Position numbers and translations under genes: made by a program. Source: Dehalococcoidia bacterium (GTDB lineage: Bacteria; Chloroflexota; Dehalococcoidia; SM23-28-2; RBG-16-64-32). From it: a stretch of 64,000 bases of DNA. The notes under the pieces are model-generated. The model was not told where the DNA came from and made no database searches. It saw only the letters and a program-made list of their open reading frames with translations. Positions within the stretch are counted from its first letter, which is position 1. Every line of letters starts with the position of its first letter. Below are positions 1-7,851 of this stretch, piece after piece. The stretch is taken from positions 768,001-832,000 of the forward strand of contig CAXXTF010000002.1 of the NCBI GenBank assembly GCA_963665775.2, in the 5' to 3' direction.

Positions 1-1643
1 AATGGCGGCACGACGTAGCCCTCTACGTACGGCTTGATGAGGGCATTGGCCTTGCCGTGGTACAACGGTATCCAGGGAGCATCCTGCACTATGATCGCCT
101 CCGCCTCCCGATACAGCCGGAACCGCGTCTCCTCGACGGGCTCGGTGCGAGCCTGCTCCAAGAGCTCGTCCACCTGCGGGTTAGAGTAGGCCGTCTCATT
201 GTTATCGCTCTGAGAGTGGAGCTTGATATCCAGGAAATTCTGCGGGTCCGGATAATCGGCGATCCAGCCCAGGTCGAACATATCGAAGTCGCCCTCGTCC
301 AGATCCCGCAAGAACAGACCGAAGTCCTCCTGCTGCACCGTTATCGTCACGCCCAGGTTCTGCTCCCACATCAGCAGCAGCGCGTCCACGATGGGCCCTA
401 GGCTGGCGCCGCGTCCGGAGGTGAGAAGGACCTTATCGTTGAGCAGCTCCGGGCCACCAGCATCATCAAGAAGCTCCAGCGCCCTGTCTGGATCATAGGG
501 CAGCCCCTCCAGATTCGGATTGTAAGCGGGGATGCCGGGAGGCAGAATACCGTTGGCCGCCACCACCAGCTCCTTCAGAATAGTGTCGGCCAGAAACTCC
601 TTATCGATGGCCATCGCCAGCGCCTGCCGCACCCGCCGGTCGTTGAAGGGTGGCTCCTGCGTATTGAAGCCGATATAGAAGGTGTCCATAGACTCCACCT
701 CCACGAACTCCGCGTTCAGGGGGTCGTTGAGGTCACGAATGCGCTCGATATCGTTGACCCCGACGCCGGTGAGGTCGATCTCATCGGTTTCGTACATGAT
801 GAGAGCGGAGCCCCCGGCCAGAATGTAGGTCACCTTGGCCAGAGACGGCATCGGGTCCAGGTAGTAGCGGCTGTTCGCTTCCAGCTCGATCCGCTGTCCC
901 AGCGACCACTCCGCGAGCCTGAAGGGACCGGTGCCGTTCGGCCGCAGCGTCCAGTTCGCCCCCGAAAAGCAGGTGGAGTCGCCCACCTCACGCTGGTCCA
1001 CAACGAAGCCGGTGGGATAGCTGAGCTTGGCCAGGAAGTAGCTCTTGGGCGCGTCGATCGTGATCTCCAGGGTATTGTCGTCGATCACCCGGATGCCGGT
1101 GACCTCATTCGCCTCGCCGCTGACGAACGCCCGGGCGCCCACGATATCGTCCAGGTAGACCTCGCCCACCGTAGACTGGGTACGCGGGTTCAGGGCCCGC
1201 TCCATGGAGAACTTGAAGTCGGACGCCGTGACCCGCCGCGAGCCGTCGTGGAACTGGACGTTAGTGCGAAGGTGGAACGTATACACCGTGCCGTCGTCGC
1301 TGATATCCCAGCCACTAGCGATGTCCGGGATCAAGTTCAGCTCCCTGTCGAACGAGACCAGGCCGGAGAAGACCTCGACTATGTACTCCGCGGAGCCGGC
1401 GTCAGAAGCGCAGGCCGGGTCCAGGGTGATCGGGTCCGGCCCGAACAGCCGTAGCTCGCCCTCCACCCGATCGGGCAGAGGAGTGCTCCCAGCGGCGGGC
1501 GACGCCCCGGGCGAGGAGTCGCTACCGCTGCTTCCGTCATCGTCGCCCCCTCCAAGCAGGAGGACCGCGGAGAAGCCGCCGATGACGACGATAAGGGCGA
1601 CAGCGACGCCCGTAAGGACTAGGACGAGCTTACGTGATTCCAT
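1..1643 (-). CDS. Peptide/nickel ABC transporter substrate-binding protein (OppA/DppA family 5), 3' end runs off window
   Basis: Manual translation from ATG at 1643: MESRKLVLVL.. TM anchor, then DPITLDPA, VFSGLV, WDISDDGTVYTFHLR..FHDG, GTGPFRL, VRQALAMAIDK; absent from ORF track because it is truncated. Confidence 0.9.
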   Translation of the reverse strand, partial: MESRKLVLVLTGVAVALIVVIGGFSAVLLLGGGDDDGSSGSDSSPGASPAAGSTPLPDRVEGELRLFGPDPITLDPACASDAGSAEYIVEVFSGLVSFDRELNLIPDIASGWDISDDGTVYTFHLRTNVQFHDGSRRVTASDFKFSMERALNPRTQSTVGEVYLDDIVGARAFVSGEANEVTGIRVIDDNTLEITIDAPKSYFLAKLSYPTGFVVDQREVGDSTCFSGANWTLRPNGTGPFRLAEWSLGQRIELEANSRYYLDPMPSLAKVTYILAGGSALIMYETDEIDLTGVGVNDIERIRDLNDPLNAEFVEVESMDTFYIGFNTQEPPFNDRRVRQALAMAIDKEFLADTILKELVVAANGILPPGIPAYNPNLEGLPYDPDRALELLDDAGGPELLNDKVLLTSGRGASLGPIVDALLLMWEQNLGVTITVQQEDFGLFLRDLDEGDFDMFDLGWIADYPDPQNFLDIKLHSQSDNNETAYSNPQVDELLEQARTEPVEETRFRLYREAEAIIVQDAPWIPLYHGKANALIKPYVEGYVVPP

Positions 1644-1743
1644 ACTGCCTCTCTCTGGAGGGCGGGCGCGCTGGCGACACGCTTACCTAGCATCTTATCA
1701 GCGGCGAAACACCAGGTTCAAGCCACGAGCCACCGCTGGGCTA

Positions 1744-3552
1744 TCACGGCTCCTCCTCCGTATCTGTTACGGCCAGGTGAAGCTCGGCCAGTTGCTCGGG
1801 CGCGACCGGCGCCGGAGCGCCCATCAGGGGATCCACGGCGCTCTTGGTCTTGGGGAAGGCGATCACCTCACGAATATCGGACTGGCGCGTCAGGACCGCC
1901 ATCAGCCGGTCGATGCCGGCCCCGATGCCCGCGTGGGGCGGCGCCCCGTACTCGAACGCCTCCAGCATGTGCCCAAAGCGGCGGCGGACCTCCTCCGGCC
2001 CGATGCCCAGCCGCTCGAACACCTTCTCCTGCACCTCCCGCCGGTGGATACGGATCGACCCGCTGAACAGCTCCCAGCCGTTGCACACGAGGTCGTAGGC
2101 ATGGGAGCGGACGCGGCCCGGATCCGTGTCTATGAGAGGAAGATCCTCCTCCCGCGGCAAGGTGAAAGGATGATGGGAAGAGACCCACCGGCCCTCCGTC
2201 TCGCTCCACTGGAACTGTGGGTACTGGACCACGAAGGCGAAGGCCAGGGTATCGGGGTCCGCCAGATGGAGCTGGTCGCCCAGTTCCCGGCGGAGGGCGT
2301 CCAGGGCGCGGTTGGCCACCGCCGCCTGGTCGGCCACCATCAGAAACATGTCGCCCCGGCCGGCCCCGGCCAGGCGAGCCATCTCCTTCGCCTGCTCTAG
2401 CGTGAAGTACTTGGCCAGGGGCGAGCGGATATCCTCTTGGGAGAGGGAGTCCAGACCACCATCCCCCAGGAGAGCCAGAGAGACCAGCCCCTTGGCGCCG
2501 TACTGCTGGACGAATTTCGTCAAGTCGTCAGTCTGCTTGCGGCTGAAGGCAGCGCCTCCCGGAACGCAGATCGCCCGCACCACGCCGCCGCCGCCGATGC
2601 TCTGTCGGAAGATGGCGAACTCGCTCTGCCGGAGCACCTCGGTGAAATCCACCAGCTCCAGACCGAAGCGGAGATCCGGCTTGTCCGTACCGAAGCGCCG
2701 CACCGCCTCCTCATAGGTCAGGCGCGGAAAGGGATAAGTCTGCACCGTGAACTCCGGCCTGACCGCCTGCACTAGCCGGCGGTACATCTCCTCCATGAGC
2801 CCCAGGATGTCCTCTTCGTCGGACACGAAGCTCAGCTCCAGGTCCAGCTGCGTGTGCTCCGGCTGTCGGTCCGCCCGCAGGTCCTCGTCACGCAGGCAGC
2901 GGGCGATCTGGAAGTAGCGCTCGAATCCGGCCACCATCAGCAGCTGCTTCATCTGCTGCGGTGACTGGGGCAAAGCGTAGAAGTGGCCCGGGTGCACGCG
3001 GCTGGGCACCAGGTAGTCGCGGGCTCCCTCGGGAGTCGGAGCCGTGAGAATCGGTGTCTCGATCTCCGTGAAGCCGCGCTCCGTGAGGAAATCGCGGATG
3101 AACTTCACCACCTTGGCGCGGAGAACCAGGTTCCGGTGAATCGTCTCGCGCCGAAGGTCCAGATAGCGATACTTAAGGCGCAGAAGCTCGTCCACCTCCG
3201 TCTCTTCGGCGATATAGAACGGCGGGGTCTTCGCCGAGTTCAGGATCTGGGCGGCCAGAGCCTTGACCTCGATCTGGCCCGTCGGGAGCTGGTCGTTCTC
3301 CGTGCCCTTGGGACGCCGCGACACAGCACCCCGCACCTGCAGCACGTACTCTCCCCGCACCGAGTCGGCCACGGCGTAGGCCTCCGCCGCCTCCTTCGGG
3401 TTGAACACCACCTGGGCGACGCCGTCGTGGTCGCGCAGGTCGATGAAGATAAGCCCTCCGTGGTCACGCCGGCGGTGGACCCAACCGGCCAGCGTCACCT
3501 CCTGCCCCTCGTAACTGGTGCGCAGTTCACCGCAGGAATGAGTCTTGAGCAT
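1744..3552 (-). CDS. aspS: Aspartate--tRNA ligase
   Basis: MLKTHSCGELR, GWVHRRRDHGGLIFIDLRD, TPEGARDYLVP, LPQSPQ, DLRADRQPE, GAPPHAGIGAGIDR; start set at ATG 3552. Confidence 0.97.
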   Translation of the reverse strand: MLKTHSCGELRTSYEGQEVTLAGWVHRRRDHGGLIFIDLRDHDGVAQVVFNPKEAAEAYAVADSVRGEYVLQVRGAVSRRPKGTENDQLPTGQIEVKALAAQILNSAKTPPFYIAEETEVDELLRLKYRYLDLRRETIHRNLVLRAKVVKFIRDFLTERGFTEIETPILTAPTPEGARDYLVPSRVHPGHFYALPQSPQQMKQLLMVAGFERYFQIARCLRDEDLRADRQPEHTQLDLELSFVSDEEDILGLMEEMYRRLVQAVRPEFTVQTYPFPRLTYEEAVRRFGTDKPDLRFGLELVDFTEVLRQSEFAIFRQSIGGGGVVRAICVPGGAAFSRKQTDDLTKFVQQYGAKGLVSLALLGDGGLDSLSQEDIRSPLAKYFTLEQAKEMARLAGAGRGDMFLMVADQAAVANRALDALRRELGDQLHLADPDTLAFAFVVQYPQFQWSETEGRWVSSHHPFTLPREEDLPLIDTDPGRVRSHAYDLVCNGWELFSGSIRIHRREVQEKVFERLGIGPEEVRRRFGHMLEAFEYGAPPHAGIGAGIDRLMAVLTRQSDIREVIAFPKTKSAVDPLMGAPAPVAPEQLAELHLAVTDTEEEP

Positions 3553-3638
3553 GGCAAGGCGAGTGTCGCACGCGTCGGGGCGGAGCGTCAACGAGCCGCA
3601 GGTGGAGGGCGGAACCTGAAACCTGCTATTATGCCCTC

Positions 3639-4883
3639 ATGAAGCCTGACCCCCTGAGCCTCTACCTCCACATCCCTTTCTGCTCCCTGAAGTGCCGCTA
3701 TTGCGACTTCAACGCCTACGCCGGGCTGGACAAGCTCGTGCCGCCTTACGTGGACGCCCTCATCGCCGAGATGGGGCTCTGGCGGCAGGCCGTCCGCGGG
3801 CGGCCCGTCCCTACCGTCTTCTTCGGCGGCGGCACCCCCAGCCTGCTGCCCCTTCCCGAACTCGAGCGCATCATCGCGGCCTTGCGAGACAGCTTCGACC
3901 TCGACCCGGAGGCGGAGCTGACCCTGGAAGCGAACCCCGGCACCGTCGACCTCCCCTACCTCCAGAGGCTGCTGAGCCTCGGTGTGAACCGCCTGAGCCT
4001 GGGCGTCCAGTCCTTCCACGACGACGAGCTGGCGGCCCTCGACCGCATCCACTCGGCCCAGGATGCGAAGGACGCCTATCTGTGGGCCCGCCAGGCCGGA
4101 TTCCACCGCCTCAGCCTCGACCTCATCTATGGCCTGTCCCAGCAGCCCCAGGAGCGCTGGCAGGCCACCCTGGAGCAGGCGATCGAACTGGCACCCGACC
4201 ACCTGTCGCTCTACGCCCTCACGGTAGAGGAGGGCACCGGGCTCGCCTACGACGTCGATCACGGCCGCGTGCCGTCGCCGGACGCCGATGCCCAGGCCTC
4301 CATGTACGAGTGGTCCGAGGAACGGCTGGCCCGAGCGGGCTACCGCCAGTACGAGATCTCCAACTGGGCGCGGCCCGTCCTGAGCGAAGCCTCTCCTGAG
4401 CGTAGTCGAAGGGCCGAAGGGCCGGGACAGGAGTGCCAACACAACCTCGTCTACTGGCGGAACGGCGACTGGCTGGGGCTGGGCGCCGGCGCCCACTCCC
4501 ACCTCGACGGCATCCGCTTCGCGGACGTGTACTCGCCCCGGCAGTATATACGTCGCCTGCAGCAGACCGCCGAGCGCGGCCTGCCCGAGGGCGGCGGCAC
4601 CTACGCCCTGCTGAAGGCGATGGGGCAGGTGACCTACCTGGAGGAGGGCTCGCCGGAGATGGCGATGGCGGATACCGCCATCCTGGCCCTCCGGCTGAAC
4701 GAAGGATTGAACCCAGCCCACTTCAGCGCTCGCTTCGGCCGGACTCTGGAAGAGGTGTACGGGCCGACTCTCGCCGAGCTGACCACCCTAGGGCTCATCG
4801 AGAGCACCGACTCTCGCCTCCGCCTGACCCCTCGCGGCCGCCTCCTGGCCAACGAGGTGTTCGTCTGCCTGCTACCGGACTAG
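3639..4883 (+). CDS. hemW: Radical SAM heme chaperone HemW (HemN-like) with a 16-aa repeat-derived insertion
   Basis: LYLHIPFCxxxCxYCDF, FFGGGTPS, YEISNW, HNLVYW..GLGAGAHS. Confidence 0.92.
   Translation: MKPDPLSLYLHIPFCSLKCRYCDFNAYAGLDKLVPPYVDALIAEMGLWRQAVRGRPVPTVFFGGGTPSLLPLPELERIIAALRDSFDLDPEAELTLEANPGTVDLPYLQRLLSLGVNRLSLGVQSFHDDELAALDRIHSAQDAKDAYLWARQAGFHRLSLDLIYGLSQQPQERWQATLEQAIELAPDHLSLYALTVEEGTGLAYDVDHGRVPSPDADAQASMYEWSEERLARAGYRQYEISNWARPVLSEASPERSRRAEGPGQECQHNLVYWRNGDWLGLGAGAHSHLDGIRFADVYSPRQYIRRLQQTAERGLPEGGGTYALLKAMGQVTYLEEGSPEMAMADTAILALRLNEGLNPAHFSARFGRTLEEVYGPTLAELTTLGLIESTDSRLRLTPRGRLLANEVFVCLLPD
4374..4421 (+). repeat. Nested pair of family-A REP-like hairpins, in-frame in hemW
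   Basis: CCCGTCCTGAGCGAAGCC[TCTCCTGAGCGTAGTCGAAGGGCC]GAAGGG, 2x24 nt. Confidence 0.85.
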
Positions 4884-5920
4884 CCGCCAGCCAGCCCCTG
4901 CGCCCGCTTTGCTGCCGCCAGCAGGGCCGCGATGTCGGGGCCAGGCGCCTGCGGGCCAAGGCCGTGAGGGTCTTCCGCGAACGGGTTCCCCAGCAGCGTG
5001 TCGATGCAGGCCCGCACCGACCAGGCCAGCGCCGTATGGTCGTAGCCACCCTCCAGGGCATAGACGACCCGCCCCTCGCATGCCTCGTCGGCCAGCTCCC
5101 GCAGCGTGGAGGCGATCCCGTAGTAGCCGCGGACGCTGAGCAGCATCCCGGCCAGCGGATCGGCGAAGTGGGCATCGAACCCGGCCGACACCAGCAGGAG
5201 CTGCGGGCCAAAGCGCCGCACCACGGGCGCGCACACCTCCCGGTAGACGCGCAGGTACTCCTCGTCGCCGCAGCCACCGGGCAGCGGCAGGTTCAGCGTC
5301 GCGCCCAGGCCTGCACCCTCACCCGCCTCGCTCCCCGCCCCTGTTCCGGGATAGTGAGGATACTGGTGGGTGGAGACGTAGAGGACCTGTGGGTCGGCGT
5401 AGAAGGCGTCCTGCGTGCCGTTCCCGTGATGGACATCGAAGTCGACGATCGCCACCCGCTTCAGCCCGCGCCCTTCGATGGCGTGCGCGGCCGCGATGGC
5501 CACATTGTTGAACAGACAGAATCCCATGGACCGACCGGGTCCGGCGTGGTGCCCCGGCGGCCTCACCAGGCAGAACGCCGACCGTACGGCACCGTCCAGC
5601 ACACCGTCCACCGCGGCCACCACACCACCAGCGGCACGGACGGCAGCGTCATAGGAGCGATCGCCGACGTACGTGTCCGGGTCCAGCCAGCCATCGCCCC
5701 CCTTCGCTAGGCGGCGCACGCGGTCTATCACCTCGGTAGCGTGCACGCGCTGGATCTCGGCGACGGTGGCGTCTCGCGGCTGCACCGCGACCATCTGCGC
5801 CAGCACCCCAGACTCCTCCAGGTGCGACATGATCGCCTGGAGCCGGGACGGCGTCTCCGGATGCCCCGCGACGCCGTGCTCCAGGTAGAGGGAGTCGTAC
5901 ACGTAGCCCACCGCTGGCAT
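4880..5920 (-). CDS. Histone deacetylase family (AcuC/AphA-like) amidohydrolase
   Basis: HPETPSRL, RPPGHHA, GFCLFNNVA, DFDVHHGNGTQ, SAGFDAH..DPL, LEGGY. Confidence 0.95.
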   Translation of the reverse strand: MPAVGYVYDSLYLEHGVAGHPETPSRLQAIMSHLEESGVLAQMVAVQPRDATVAEIQRVHATEVIDRVRRLAKGGDGWLDPDTYVGDRSYDAAVRAAGGVVAAVDGVLDGAVRSAFCLVRPPGHHAGPGRSMGFCLFNNVAIAAAHAIEGRGLKRVAIVDFDVHHGNGTQDAFYADPQVLYVSTHQYPHYPGTGAGSEAGEGAGLGATLNLPLPGGCGDEEYLRVYREVCAPVVRRFGPQLLLVSAGFDAHFADPLAGMLLSVRGYYGIASTLRELADEACEGRVVYALEGGYDHTALAWSVRACIDTLLGNPFAEDPHGLGPQAPGPDIAALLAAAKRAQGLAGG

Positions 5921-5973
5921 GCTGAACGCATGTTACCAAACGGCCGAGCGCCAGTGCTAGAATCGAAGCAGTC

Positions 5974-7842
5974 ATGTACACCATCGGCACCGCTGGCCAC
6001 GTCGACCACGGCAAGTCGGCCCTGGTCCAGGCCCTCACCGGCATCGACCCCGACCGCCTGCGCGAGGAGAAGGAGCGCGGCCTCACCATCGACCTCGGCT
6101 TCGCCTGGCTCAAGCTCCCCGGCGGCCAGGAGATCAGCATCGTGGACGTGCCCGGCCACGAGCGCTTCATCAAGAACATGCTGGCCGGCGTGGGCGGTAT
6201 CGACCTCGCCCTCCTGGTCATCGCTGCCGACGAGGCGGTCATGCCCCAGACCCGCGAGCACCTGGCGATCATCGACCTGCTGGACATCTCGCACGGCGTA
6301 GTCGCCGTCACCAAGTCGGACCTGGTCGAGCCCGACTTCCTTGAGCTGGTGAAGGCCGACGCCGAGGAGCTGCTACGGGGCACCGCCCTCGAGGGCGCGC
6401 CCGTCGTCACCTGCTCCGCCCTGAAGCGACAGGGGCTGGACGAGCTCCTCGCCACCGTCGAGCGCGAGCTGGCCAAGACCCCCCCCAAGAAGGACATCGG
6501 TCGGCCGCGCCTCCCCATCGACCGGGCCTTCACCATCGCCGGCTTCGGCACCGTAGTCACCGGCACCCTCATCGACGGCGCCCTCCGGCTGGGCCAGGAC
6601 GTAGAGATCGTGCCGGGCGGTCTACGCTCGCGGGCCCGCGGGCTCCAGGCCCACGAGCAGGCGCTGGAGGTGGCGTCGCCCGGTCGCCGCACGGCGCTGA
6701 ACCTGGCCGGCCTCTCGCTGGAACAGCTTCACCGAGGGATGGTGGCTACCACCCCAGGTTGGCTAGAGCCCACCACCGCCGTGGATGTGCGGCTGCGGGC
6801 CGTCCGCTACCTGGGCCGCCCCATCCGCCACAACCTATCGGTGACCTTCCACACCGGCTCGGCCGAGGTCGAGGGCCGCATTCTACTCTTGGACAACGAT
6901 GCCCTCTCGCCCGGCGAGCTGGCCTGGGCCCAGATCCGCCTCAGCGAGCCGGTAGCGACCGTGAAAGGCGATCGCTTCATCGTCCGCGACCCCAACGACA
7001 CCCTCGGCGGCGGCCGCATCGTCGACACCCACGTGCGGCGGCACCGCCGCTTCCATCAGCCCACCCTGGACGCCCTCGAAACCCTGGAACGGGGCTCGCC
7101 GGAGGAGCTGGTACGGGTCGCCATCGCTCGCGCTGAGCCGGTCGAGCTGCGGGAGGCGCTCCGTCGCCTGGAGCTGGAGCCGGACGAGGCACGGGCGGCG
7201 ATCGAGAGGCTGGTCGCGGACGGGGAGCTACTGCTGCTTGACGGCGCCCCGCCCACCGACCCATCCCTCCTGTGTACGGCGGACGGCTTTCAGGCGCTAA
7301 CGGAGCGACTACAGGACATCCTGGCCGCCTACCACCGTCAGTTCCCTCTCCGCCGCGGGATCCCTCGAGAGGAGCTGCGCAGCCGACTGCGCCTGGAACC
7401 ACGCCCCTTCGACCAGGCCCTGGCCCTCTGCACCCGCCGCGGCCAGGCGAACGAGGTCGCCGGAGCCGTTGCCCTGCCGGGCCACGAGCCGCGCCCCAAT
7501 CCGGAGCAGGATGCACGGGCGCAAGCGTTCCTCCTCTCCCTGGGAACGCAACCCTTCGCCCCGCCCACGGACAACCCGCCGGAGGAAGCGATCGTGGCCT
7601 ACCTGGAAGACCGGGGCGACATCGTCCGTGTCGGCGACGGCATAACCTTCGCCGCCGAAGCCTACCGCCAGATGGTGGAGCGCATCGTCGCCCACCTGCG
7701 ACAGCGGCAGACGATAACCCTGGCCCAGGTGCGAGACATGTTCGGCACCAGCCGCAAGTACGCCCAGGCCATCCTGGAGCACATGGACGACCAGCGGGTT
7801 ACCCGCCGCCAGGGAGACGAGCGGGTGCTGCGCCGGGGATAA
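5974..7842 (+). CDS. selB: Selenocysteine-specific elongation factor
   Basis: GTAGHVDHGKS, EEKERGLTIDLGFA, DVPGHERFIKNM, C-terminal winged helix RDMFGTSRKYA. Confidence 0.96.
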   Translation: MYTIGTAGHVDHGKSALVQALTGIDPDRLREEKERGLTIDLGFAWLKLPGGQEISIVDVPGHERFIKNMLAGVGGIDLALLVIAADEAVMPQTREHLAIIDLLDISHGVVAVTKSDLVEPDFLELVKADAEELLRGTALEGAPVVTCSALKRQGLDELLATVERELAKTPPKKDIGRPRLPIDRAFTIAGFGTVVTGTLIDGALRLGQDVEIVPGGLRSRARGLQAHEQALEVASPGRRTALNLAGLSLEQLHRGMVATTPGWLEPTTAVDVRLRAVRYLGRPIRHNLSVTFHTGSAEVEGRILLLDNDALSPGELAWAQIRLSEPVATVKGDRFIVRDPNDTLGGGRIVDTHVRRHRRFHQPTLDALETLERGSPEELVRVAIARAEPVELREALRRLELEPDEARAAIERLVADGELLLLDGAPPTDPSLLCTADGFQALTERLQDILAAYHRQFPLRRGIPREELRSRLRLEPRPFDQALALCTRRGQANEVAGAVALPGHEPRPNPEQDARAQAFLLSLGTQPFAPPTDNPPEEAIVAYLEDRGDIVRVGDGITFAAEAYRQMVERIVAHLRQRQTITLAQVRDMFGTSRKYAQAILEHMDDQRVTRRQGDERVLRRG

Positions 7843-7851
7843 GCGCCCCGC

